The position numbers were made by a program, and so were the translations under genes. DNA of 64,000 nt, taken from contig CAZJFL010000005.1 of the NCBI GenBank assembly GCA_964545575.1, forward strand, positions 8,617-72,616, read 5' to 3'. This document shows positions 50,405 through 58,496 of the stretch, in pieces (position 1 is the stretch's first letter; the number at the start of each line of letters is the position of its first letter). The notes beneath the pieces are model-generated. The model saw only the letters and a program-made list of their open reading frames with translations. It was not told where the DNA came from and made no database searches. Source of the DNA: an uncultured Planctomycetales bacterium (lineage in GTDB: Bacteria > Omnitrophota > Gorgyraeia > Gygaellales > Profunditerraquicolaceae).

Positions 50405-51715
50405 ATGGCTAACTTTATGAAAAGTTTCTTAAAAAGGTTAAAGAAAAAAGAGGTTAAAATTGCCGTGGTGGGCTTAGGCTATGTGGGGTTGCCGCTGGTG
50501 CTCGAGTTTATAAAAAAAGGGTTTTACGTATTGGGGGTAGATCTAGATAAAGACAGGATAGCCGGGATTCAACAGAGGAAATCATACATTACCGATGTTT
50601 CCGACACGGATTTGCGAAAAGCCATAGCAAGCGGAAGGTTTCGTGCTACGGGAGATTTTCATTTGTTAAAGCAGGTTGATGTAATTCTTATCTGTGTGCC
50701 TACGCCGCTAAAAAGAAAATATCTTCCGGATATATCTTTTATCAAAGGCGCCGTCAGAGAAATCTTGGTAAATATGAAACAGGGCGCTTTGATTATTCTG
50801 GAAAGCACCACCTATCCCGGCACCACCGAAGAGGTCATCCTGCCTTTGCTTGAATCGCGCGGCTCTCAGCACGGTAGGGATTTTTATCTCTGTTTCTCTC
50901 CCGAGAGGATAGACCCGGGAAACGCCAAATACCCGCCCCAGAAGATCCCCAAAGTTATCGGCGGCATTAATCAGGAAGCGACTACGCTAGGAAAAGCAGT
51001 TTACGCAAGTATCATTAAACAAGTCGTTCCCGTATCTTCTTCCCGGGTTGCCGAAACAGTGAAGTTACTGGAAAACACCTTCCGTATCGTTAATATCGGC
51101 TTAATCGATGAAATAGCGATGATGGCGCATAAAATGAAGATAGATATCTGGGAAGTGGTCGAGGCGGCCAAAACTAAACCTTTTGGTTTTATGCCTTTTT
51201 ATCCCGGCCCCGGCGTGGGCGGCCACTGCATACCAAAAGACCCGCTCTACCTTTATTGGAAGGCGAAAAGGTTCGGCTTCCGGTCGCGTTTTATCAAGCT
51301 CGCCTCCGAGGTAATCGCCGCTATGCCCGAATATGTGGTAGAGAGGGTCGCTAGTATTTTGAGTAAAGAAAGGATAAGCCTGGCTCAAGCCGAGATTCTG
51401 GTCTTAGGGGTAACCTATAAGAAAGATATCAAAGATTTGCGTCAGTCTCCGTCCATAGATATTATTGAAATATTAGAAAAGAAGGGCGTATCCGTTTCTT
51501 ACCATGATCCGCTGATCCCGTATCTCAAATTAAACCGCATAAATCTTAAATCCGCCGATTTAACCGCTGCCAATCTTAATAAGTTGGACTTTGTGATTAT
51601 CGCCACCGATCACACTTCGGTCGATTACAGATTTATATTAAAGCATTCGCGGCGGGTCTTTGATACCCGTAATGTCTATAAAAATATTAATCAGGGAAGA
51701 GTCTTTAGGCTATGA
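50405..51715 (+). CDS. UDP-N-acetyl-D-glucosamine/mannosamine dehydrogenase family (WbpA/WecC-like)
   Basis: VKIAVVGLGYVGLPL ... GGHCIPKD catalytic Cys context; 436 aa. Confidence 0.75.
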   Translation: MANFMKSFLKRLKKKEVKIAVVGLGYVGLPLVLEFIKKGFYVLGVDLDKDRIAGIQQRKSYITDVSDTDLRKAIASGRFRATGDFHLLKQVDVILICVPTPLKRKYLPDISFIKGAVREILVNMKQGALIILESTTYPGTTEEVILPLLESRGSQHGRDFYLCFSPERIDPGNAKYPPQKIPKVIGGINQEATTLGKAVYASIIKQVVPVSSSRVAETVKLLENTFRIVNIGLIDEIAMMAHKMKIDIWEVVEAAKTKPFGFMPFYPGPGVGGHCIPKDPLYLYWKAKRFGFRSRFIKLASEVIAAMPEYVVERVASILSKERISLAQAEILVLGVTYKKDIKDLRQSPSIDIIEILEKKGVSVSYHDPLIPYLKLNRINLKSADLTAANLNKLDFVIIATDHTSVDYRFILKHSRRVFDTRNVYKNINQGRVFRL

Positions 51716-52665
51716 AGAAAGTTTTAGTTACCGGAGGCGCAGGGTTCATCGGTTCGCACTTGACCGAGGCTTTAGTGAAAAGAGGCTATTCTGTCAGGGT
51801 CTTGGATAATTTCTCAAGCGGTAAAAGAGATAACCTAAAAGGCCTGATAAATAAAATAGATTTAATCAGGGGCGATATTCGTTCTCTCGCCGTCTGCCAG
51901 AGAGCGGCAGGAGGCATAGACCTGATTTTTCATCAGGCGGCTCTGCGCAGCGTCCCTAAGTCGCTGGCTCATCCGGCAGAATATAATGAAGTCAATATCC
52001 AGGGCACTTTAAACCTATTGCAGGCAGCGGTTAAAAATAAGGCGAAACATTTCATCTTTGCTTCCTCCAGCTCCGTCTATGGAGATGTCAAAACTTTTCC
52101 CGAAAAGGAAGATTTTGTTCCGCAGCCGATCTCTCCTTACGCCCTGACCAAGCTTACCGGAGAATATTATTGCCGGATGTTTAGTTATCACTACCGCTTG
52201 CCTACGGTGGCTTTAAGGTACTTCAATGTGTTCGGGCCCCGGCAGTCTTTAGACGACGAGTATGCCGTGGTCATACCGAAGTTTATCAGCTGCATGTTAA
52301 AAAACGAGCCGCCTCCGATATTCGGCACAGGCAGGCAGTCAAGGGATTTTACCTACGTAGAAAATGTGGTGCAGGCCAATATTCTGGCAGCGGCCAAGAC
52401 CGGGCTTAAGGGAGAGGTTTTTAATATCGCCGGCGGCAGGGACTACAGTATCTTAGAGTTAGTCAGGATACTCAACAGTATAATGGGTAAAAAAATAAAA
52501 CCGGTTTTCTTAGGCCTGCGTCCGGGGGATGTATTCAGGACTCAGGCGGATTTAACCAAGGTAAGGCGGGTTTTAGGTTTTCAGCCGAAGGTGGATTTTA
52601 TTAGCGGGCTGGAATCATCCATTAATTCGCAGACGCTGATAGATAAGCAAAATGAGGGACGCTAA
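51712..52665 (+). CDS. NAD-dependent nucleotide-sugar 4-epimerase (GalE/WbpP family)
   Basis: [13 protein letters not shown]..., YxxxK context SPYALTKLTGEYY, 317 aa extended SDR. Confidence 0.75.
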   Translation: MKKVLVTGGAGFIGSHLTEALVKRGYSVRVLDNFSSGKRDNLKGLINKIDLIRGDIRSLAVCQRAAGGIDLIFHQAALRSVPKSLAHPAEYNEVNIQGTLNLLQAAVKNKAKHFIFASSSSVYGDVKTFPEKEDFVPQPISPYALTKLTGEYYCRMFSYHYRLPTVALRYFNVFGPRQSLDDEYAVVIPKFISCMLKNEPPPIFGTGRQSRDFTYVENVVQANILAAAKTGLKGEVFNIAGGRDYSILELVRILNSIMGKKIKPVFLGLRPGDVFRTQADLTKVRRVLGFQPKVDFISGLESSINSQTLIDKQNEGR

Positions 52666-52707
52666 AACTTACGTCACTTCGTTCCGTAAGTTTTCTGCTC
52701 ATTAAAA
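52665..52707 (+). promoter_or_regulatory. palindromic motif AAAACTTACG-N11-CGTAAGTTTT followed by CTGCTCATTAAAA, filling the epimerase-uxs intergenic space right up to the uxs ATG
   Basis: Read directly; same core as the glgA upstream element at 14301-14352. Confidence 0.5.
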
Positions 52708-53640
52708 ATGCCTAAGAAAACAGCGGTGATTACCGGCGGGGCAGGCTTTATCGGTTCGCATTTATGCGACAGATTGCTTGACGCAGGTTTTAAGGTTATC
52801 TGCCTGGATAATCTGATCACCGGAAGCTTAAAAAATATAAAACACCTCTTAAGCCGCAAGGATTTTATTTTTATAAAACATAATGTGACAAAATATATTA
52901 GCCTTGCGGGCAAAGTTGACTATGTCCTGCATTTTGCCTCACCCGCTTCGCCCGATGACTATTTAAAATACCCCATCCAGACTTTAAAGGTGGGCTCCCT
53001 GGGCACGCATAATGCCTTAGGATTAGCCAAAGCCAAAAAAGCCAAGTTTCTGCTCGCTTCTACCTCGGAAGTCTACGGCGACCCGCTCGCGCACCCGCAG
53101 GCAGAAAGTTACTGGGGGCATGTCAATCCTGTAGGGGTACGCGGATGTTACGATGAGTCAAAACGCTTTGCCGAAGCAATCACCATGGCCTATCAGAGAA
53201 CCCACAAGCTGGATACCAGGATAGCCAGGATTTTTAACACCTACGGCCCGCGCATGCGTATTCACGACGGAAGGGTGGTGCCTAATTTTATTTATCAGGC
53301 CTTAAATAATAGGCCCTTGACGGTATACGGAACGGGAAAACAGACGCGCAGTTTCTGCTACGTAGAGGATTTAATTACGGGTTTGCTGGAGTTGATGAAA
53401 AGCCCCCTGAATACGCCGATAAATTTGGGCAATCCCGAAGAGTTTACGGTTTTAGCCTTAGCCAAACTGGTGATTAAATTAACCTGCGCCGGGAGCAAGC
53501 TTGTATTTAAAAGCCTGCCGCAGGATGACCCGCGCCAGCGCCAGCCGGATATTACTCAAGCCAGAAGACTCCTTAAATGGCGCCCTAAGGTTAAATTAGA
53601 AGCGGGGCTCAAGAAAACTATTGCCTGGTTTTCGCTCTAA
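52708..53640 (+). CDS. UDP-glucuronate decarboxylase (UDP-xylose synthase, UXS/ArnA-C-like)
   Basis: [38 protein letters not shown] (YxxxK) typical of UXS; downstream of ugd. Confidence 0.75.
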   Translation: MPKKTAVITGGAGFIGSHLCDRLLDAGFKVICLDNLITGSLKNIKHLLSRKDFIFIKHNVTKYISLAGKVDYVLHFASPASPDDYLKYPIQTLKVGSLGTHNALGLAKAKKAKFLLASTSEVYGDPLAHPQAESYWGHVNPVGVRGCYDESKRFAEAITMAYQRTHKLDTRIARIFNTYGPRMRIHDGRVVPNFIYQALNNRPLTVYGTGKQTRSFCYVEDLITGLLELMKSPLNTPINLGNPEEFTVLALAKLVIKLTCAGSKLVFKSLPQDDPRQRQPDITQARRLLKWRPKVKLEAGLKKTIAWFSL

Positions 53641-53714
53641 TCCCCTCCGCAGAAATCCCCAGGCTTTAGCCTGAGGATGAATGTACAGCGGAGAATTATT
53701 TCTGCTACAGGGAG

Positions 53715-53754
53715 GGAACCCCGGCCTTTAGGGCGAGGGGGTTCCACATTTTTC
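53715..53754 (+). terminator. rho-independent terminator (GGAACCCC-N14-GGGGTTCC then ACATTTTT)
   Basis: Read directly after the uxs stop. Confidence 0.6.
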
Positions 53755-53947
53755 GGCCTTGCGAGTTTGCATTGGGGTAGAGGGCATGTTATACTTTATA
53801 TAGAAATCATCCATTATTTAAGAATAGGCAGGGCAATGTTTTTATAAGTTAAATTAAGCGGTAAAATTAACCTATTCTTCACCCTTATAACAGTAAGGGC
53901 GGGCTTTAGTTACAGATAAAGCCGTAATGGAAGAATAGGTTTTTTAT

Positions 53948-53976
53948 TTGACAAAAGGCAAAATGGGTGGTATAAA
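53948..53976 (+). promoter_or_regulatory. strong sigma70-type promoter TTGACA-17-TATAAA upstream of pilin gene 1
   Basis: tttgacaaaaggcaaaatgggtggtataaata; about 30 nt upstream of the GGAGG RBS. Confidence 0.6.
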
Positions 53977-54004
53977 TAGAAAAAAGGGAGGAGGTTTATT
54001 ATAA

Positions 54005-54400
54005 ATGGGAAGAAAAAGAGGTTTTACGCTCGTAGAAATCATGATCGTAGTGGCGATTATCGCTTTGCTTGCTGCGATAGCAATACCTAACTTGCTTCAG
54101 GCAAGAAGGACTGCCAATGACGTAGCTGCCAAGGCCACCGTGCGCAGCCTTATGATTGCAGCCGAGGTATATTCCACTGCTCACAGCGGCCAATACCCAA
54201 ATACCACAACTCTGTTGGCCACATATATAACCTCAGCGCCTACCTATTGCCCAGGGCCATCACTAGTACAAGGTTTTACCTATTCCTGTACTTTGACTGT
54301 CGGGGGTTATAACGTTACTGCAGCTCCTTCGAACTTAAACGTGACAGGAACCACCACCTATTATGGTACCACAGGCGGAGTATTGATGCCGTTAACGTAA
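54005..54400 (+). CDS. pilA: type IV major pilin (class III signal, G|FTLVE), Thr-rich C-terminus, copy 1
   Basis: MGRKRGFTLVEIMIVVAIIALLAAIAIPNLL prepilin leader and N-methylation site; C-terminal disulfide pair (YCPGP...YSC). Confidence 0.85.
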   Translation: MGRKRGFTLVEIMIVVAIIALLAAIAIPNLLQARRTANDVAAKATVRSLMIAAEVYSTAHSGQYPNTTTLLATYITSAPTYCPGPSLVQGFTYSCTLTVGGYNVTAAPSNLNVTGTTTYYGTTGGVLMPLT

Positions 54401-54418
54401 GTTGTCTGCTCATTTTAC

Positions 54419-54447
54419 TTGACAAATCAGCAAGGAGGTGGTATAAA
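54419..54447 (+). promoter_or_regulatory. sigma70-type promoter TTGACA-17-TATAAA upstream of pilin gene 2 (duplicate of the pilin-1 promoter), about 180 nt before the ATG
   Basis: cttgacaaatcagcaaggaggtggtataaata read directly. Confidence 0.55.
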
Positions 54448-54604
54448 TAATTTTAATAATAAGGCGACTGGCGTTTTTTTGAGGGGGTTTCTTATCGCAG
54501 GTTGGAACAGGTAGTTATATATACATAGATTCAAAAAGATAAGAAGCCGATAAAGAAAAGCGCTAAAAAAGTCAATCTTACCTTAGAGAGGAGGCTTATT
54601 ACAA

Positions 54605-55003
54605 ATGAGAAAAAAAAGAGGTTTTACACTCGTAGAAATCATGATCGTAGTGGCGATTATCGCTCTTTTGGCAGCCATAGCAATTCCTAACTTGCTTCAG
54701 GCAAGAAGGACTGCTAATGACGTAGCTGCCAAGGCCACCGTGCGCAGCCTTATAGTTGCAGCCGAGACATATTCTACTGCTAACAGCGGCCAATACCCAA
54801 ATACCACAACTCTGTTACAGACATATATAACCTCAGCGCCTACCTATTGCCCAGGGCCATCACTAGTACAAGGTTTTACCTATTCCTGTACTTTGACTGT
54901 CGGGGGTTATAACGTTACTGCAGCTCCTTCGAACTTAAACGTGACAGGAACCACCACCTATTATGGTACCACAGGCGGAGTATTGTCACCATTAACTCCG
55001 TAA
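54605..55003 (+). CDS. pilA: type IV major pilin, copy 2 (tandem near-identical paralog)
   Basis: Identical to copy 1 except a few substitutions (R3/K3, M50/I50, V55/T55, H60/N60, A72-T/Q-T) and the C-terminal tail. Confidence 0.85.
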   Translation: MRKKRGFTLVEIMIVVAIIALLAAIAIPNLLQARRTANDVAAKATVRSLIVAAETYSTANSGQYPNTTTLLQTYITSAPTYCPGPSLVQGFTYSCTLTVGGYNVTAAPSNLNVTGTTTYYGTTGGVLSPLTP

Positions 55004-55031
55004 AACAACTTGTTTGTAGCAAAGAATCAGA

Positions 55032-55061
55032 GAGGGGGAGAGTAAATCTCCCCCTTTTTTT
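55032..55061 (+). terminator. rho-independent terminator (GGGGGAGA-gtaaa-TCTCCCCC + TTTTTTT) after pilin 2
   Basis: Read directly. Confidence 0.75.
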
Positions 55062-55070
55062 AAATATTTT

Positions 55071-57032
55071 ATGTTAAACTTTAAAATTAAGTTATTCCTG
55101 TCGGTTTATCTTGCCATTGCCTGCCTATGCCTACTTTTTTACTGGGGCACACTACACAACCCTTTTATCCTGGATGACGGGGGGCTAATTATAAAAAATT
55201 CCTCAATCCTTGATTGGCATTATTGGGATAAGGCTTTTACCAGCGATATGCATTTCGGAAACATGGGCGGGGGCGGCTCTAATTTTTACCGGCCGGTACA
55301 GACACTCAGTTTCATGTGGGATTATCATTTCTGGCGCCTCAATCCTTTGGGCTACCATATTACCAATATCTTACTGCAAAGTATAGTTGCCTTCTTGGTT
55401 TTTCTGCTCGTCTATATGCTTTCTGATAAAATGCCCCTTGCTTTTGTAAGTTCTTTATTATTCGCCATTAACCCGTTGCATACAGAGGCGGTCACATATA
55501 TTTCCGGAAGAGCAGATATGCTTATGGCTGTATTTCTTTTACTTTCACTTTTATTGTTCATTAAAAGCGAAAACTCCGTGAAATATAGGAGGGCACTCTA
55601 TCTTTTATCTTCTTTATTATTATTTATTTTAGGGCTACTCTCCAAGGAGTTGGCTTTTATATTCCCTTTAGTTATACTTCTTTTTGTATTTATTTATAAA
55701 AGAAGCAATTTTAAGGACCCCTGGTATACGGCGCTGGTGATTTTTCCGTTTTTCGCGATTGATTTAATATATGCAATCACGAGGTATACGCTTTTACAAT
55801 TTAGTACCCTCTGGGTAGCGGAATTGAGCAGATATCCTTTGGTTTTAAGGATATATATGGTGCCAAAAGTATTTTTTACATATATCCGCCTGTTATTTTT
55901 CCCCGTCGGCTTGCATATGTCCTGGGGGCTGGCCGCGCCTGGCGGGATTATAGAGGTTGTCTTGTCGTGGTTTTTGTTAACAGTGTTCATAGGCGTAATC
56001 TGGCATATCTTATGCAAGTATAATAAGAAGGAAGGGTATTTTCTTTTTTGGTTGTTTTTTATATTTTTAGCCCCTCAGCTTGGGGTTTACCCTATCAATG
56101 CCTTTTTGGCAGAGCATTTCATTTATATTTCGTCAATAAGTTTCTTTGTGGCAATCTCGTATTTATTATTTAAATACTTAAGAAAAAGCTTATTATTTTT
56201 TTGCGTTTTAGCGCTATTACTGTTTTACGGAACCCTTACTTTAGCGCGCAATTACGAGTGGAGTAATCCGTTTATCTTTTATCAGGGTATCGTCAAATTT
56301 TCTCCGGATAGCTTCTTGGCCCACAATAACCTCGGCGTCCAGTATGCATATATAAATAAGGACGATTCTGCGATTGCTGAATTTAAGAAGGCAGTAAGGA
56401 TAAACCCTACCCGAATAGACGCCCGCTCTAATCTGGCTAAAGTTTATCAAAAGACAGGCAGATTCAAAGATGCCGAGAGTGAATATGCTGTACTTGAGAA
56501 AATCACGCCTTACGATAAAGCTGGCGAATTGCAGAATGAGATTGCTGTTTTATATGAAACCGAAGGCCATTTTGATAAGGCGCTTGATAGGTACAGGCTG
56601 GCATTACGTTTTAATCCGAGTATTTTTTTCCTACATTTTAACATTGCGCGCCTTACGGCAGATTCCGATAAAGCAGCCGGGGAAATAATAAAGTCATTAC
56701 AGCCGGTAGATTCCAATCAGCCTCCGGACAAAGCGCTTCTGGGAGCCGTAAAAAAATACATAAAAGAGTCAGGATACTCCGGCTGCGCTGTTTCTTTTTA
56801 TAATAATCTCGGTATAAATCTTGCTCAGGCAGGCTTTGATAAAGAGGCCATCCGTTCTTTTAAGAGGGTTTTGGAGTTATCTCCGGAATATGCTGATGCG
56901 CACTTTAATCTGGGGTTGACTTACTGGAACTGCGGGCGTAAACAAAAGGCAATATCGGAATTCAGGGTTGTATTGAAGATACAGCCACAGCACTATAAGG
57001 CAAGGGGGTTTCTTTATAATCTTGCCCGTTAG
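55071..57032 (+). CDS. GT-C-fold membrane glycosyltransferase (PMT_2/TMTC-like) with C-terminal TPR repeats, embedded in the pilin cluster
   Basis: About 11-13 TM helices, first-loop FILDDGG acidic motif and YRP motif typical of PMT/ArnT-like GT-C enzymes; C-terminal TPR repeats (AHNNLGVQYA..., AHFNLGLTYWNCG...). Confidence 0.6.
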   Translation: MLNFKIKLFLSVYLAIACLCLLFYWGTLHNPFILDDGGLIIKNSSILDWHYWDKAFTSDMHFGNMGGGGSNFYRPVQTLSFMWDYHFWRLNPLGYHITNILLQSIVAFLVFLLVYMLSDKMPLAFVSSLLFAINPLHTEAVTYISGRADMLMAVFLLLSLLLFIKSENSVKYRRALYLLSSLLLFILGLLSKELAFIFPLVILLFVFIYKRSNFKDPWYTALVIFPFFAIDLIYAITRYTLLQFSTLWVAELSRYPLVLRIYMVPKVFFTYIRLLFFPVGLHMSWGLAAPGGIIEVVLSWFLLTVFIGVIWHILCKYNKKEGYFLFWLFFIFLAPQLGVYPINAFLAEHFIYISSISFFVAISYLLFKYLRKSLLFFCVLALLLFYGTLTLARNYEWSNPFIFYQGIVKFSPDSFLAHNNLGVQYAYINKDDSAIAEFKKAVRINPTRIDARSNLAKVYQKTGRFKDAESEYAVLEKITPYDKAGELQNEIAVLYETEGHFDKALDRYRLALRFNPSIFFLHFNIARLTADSDKAAGEIIKSLQPVDSNQPPDKALLGAVKKYIKESGYSGCAVSFYNNLGINLAQAGFDKEAIRSFKRVLELSPEYADAHFNLGLTYWNCGRKQKAISEFRVVLKIQPQHYKARGFLYNLAR

Positions 57033-57125
57033 TTTCGCTTTAATTTTGTTAATTTTTCTTGCAGGGCGGTTCTTTTTGTATTAGAATATAAACATATTGG
57101 AATATAATATAGTTAGGTTGATTTT

Positions 57126-57542
57126 ATGCAAAACATAAAAGCCCGCAGTTTTGTTTTAATCATGGTTATTATTGCCGCAACGGCTTTAATTTTAAGGTTT
57201 GCCATCGGTTGTATTATAAAAATGAATATCGCGCAGAACGAATCCAATGCCTCCGTAACTTTAAAATTCATTTCCGCAGCCCTGCAAAATTATGCCAGGG
57301 ACCACAACGGTAATTTTCCATCGGACCTGGCGTTGCTAGCGAATAATACCCCGCCTTATTTAGATGATGACGATGTTGCCAAATCGCCCGTAAAAGGGTA
57401 TAATTATGTTTGCGCAAGGCTTGAGCCGTCCGGCTACAGCTGTTCGGCAACGCCGCTTAAGTGCGGCCTGACCGGGACTGCGTCTTATACTATTTCCACA
57501 GGGGGCCTGATTGTTTCTGAAGAATGTAATAAAAAAGAATAG
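57126..57542 (+). CDS. pilin paralog with degenerate prepilin signal (no Gly-1, Glu+5 deleted)
   Basis: Globular domain aligns with the major pilins (FISAALQNYARDHNGNFP / MIAAEVYSTAHSGQYP; GYNYVC / GFTYSC; TGGLIV / TGGVLM) but the N-terminus is KARSFVL-IMVIIAA instead of KRGFTLVEIMIVVAI. Confidence 0.6.
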   Translation: MQNIKARSFVLIMVIIAATALILRFAIGCIIKMNIAQNESNASVTLKFISAALQNYARDHNGNFPSDLALLANNTPPYLDDDDVAKSPVKGYNYVCARLEPSGYSCSATPLKCGLTGTASYTISTGGLIVSEECNKKE

Positions 57543-57966
57543 CGGTTTTAGCCTTCCGGAATTGATGCTGGCGGTGGCGATCCTTGCTTTTGTGCTGACG
57601 GGGATGCTCCTGCTTTTTATCAACTGCATAATAATAAATTCGACAAGCCGCTACCTGACCATTGCCACGAGCCATGCCGAATTTGTGATGGAGGATATAA
57701 GAAACAGCACTACCACTAGCGCCAATTTTAATTCTACCCGCGATGACATTATAAATAATAATCCTAATAACTGGGATTGGGATACGGCAACTATTAATAA
57801 TAAAGGCCTGGTTGCCTTAAGTGGTGAAAATATCGATACCTCAGGGACAGTCATAAACTCAACTCTCCTAGGCGATCTCCTCAAAATTACTGTCACAGTA
57901 AACTGGCAGGACAGGGCAGCGGTAGAAAGGAATACGACACTGGAAACCTTTATTGCGACGCCATGA
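57511..57966 (+). CDS. minor pilin / pseudopilin with prepilin-type N-terminal methylation domain
   Basis: KKNSGFSLPELMLAVAILAFVLTGML leader (G|FSLPE). Confidence 0.7.
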   Translation: MFLKNVIKKNSGFSLPELMLAVAILAFVLTGMLLLFINCIIINSTSRYLTIATSHAEFVMEDIRNSTTTSANFNSTRDDIINNNPNNWDWDTATINNKGLVALSGENIDTSGTVINSTLLGDLLKITVTVNWQDRAAVERNTTLETFIATP

Positions 57967-58496
57967 AAGGCATAACATTAGTAGAAATTTTGCTCACTGT
58001 CTTGATCACGAGCTTTATCGTCGCAGCTATATACGGCACCCTGACCACGGGCAACCTGACCTATCTCACTGATATGGGTATGCTGGATTTGCAGCAACAG
58101 GCGCGTCAGGGCATGGACAGGATGCTGCGCTATATCAGAGAGACCAGCGGCGCAAATATAACTTCTATAGTCCAGGATCCCCCTTCAATTACTTTTAAAC
58201 TCAACAATATCTTTACCGGCAATGTTTCGACCAGCATTACCTATAGCCTGGATCAAACTAACCACATTATTAATTTTAACAGTACTCCGGCTATACCCGG
58301 TTATAACATACCCAAAATAGCAACCGGCATAACTTCATTGAGTTTCTTCTGCTGCCCGGGAGGTGTCAACTGTGGTACCAGTTGCGACGCCAGTACTACC
58401 GTAGTGCAAATTCAAATCGTAGCTAACAGCACTGTAATGAACAAGCCTTTGGCATTTAACCTAACCGAGAAAGTGAGGTTGAGAAATGGGAATTAA
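57963..58496 (+). CDS. minor pilin (PilW/GspJ-like)
   Basis: MKGITLVEILLTVLITSFIV prepilin leader (G|ITLVE); 177 aa. Confidence 0.7.
   Translation: MKGITLVEILLTVLITSFIVAAIYGTLTTGNLTYLTDMGMLDLQQQARQGMDRMLRYIRETSGANITSIVQDPPSITFKLNNIFTGNVSTSITYSLDQTNHIINFNSTPAIPGYNIPKIATGITSLSFFCCPGGVNCGTSCDASTTVVQIQIVANSTVMNKPLAFNLTEKVRLRNGN

Noticed and set aside
54448-54470. Possible terminator hairpin (aaggcgactggcgttttttt) inside the pilin-2 leader
   Set aside because: On inspection the bases before the T run do not form a convincing stem. Left as part of the leader-insertion finding.
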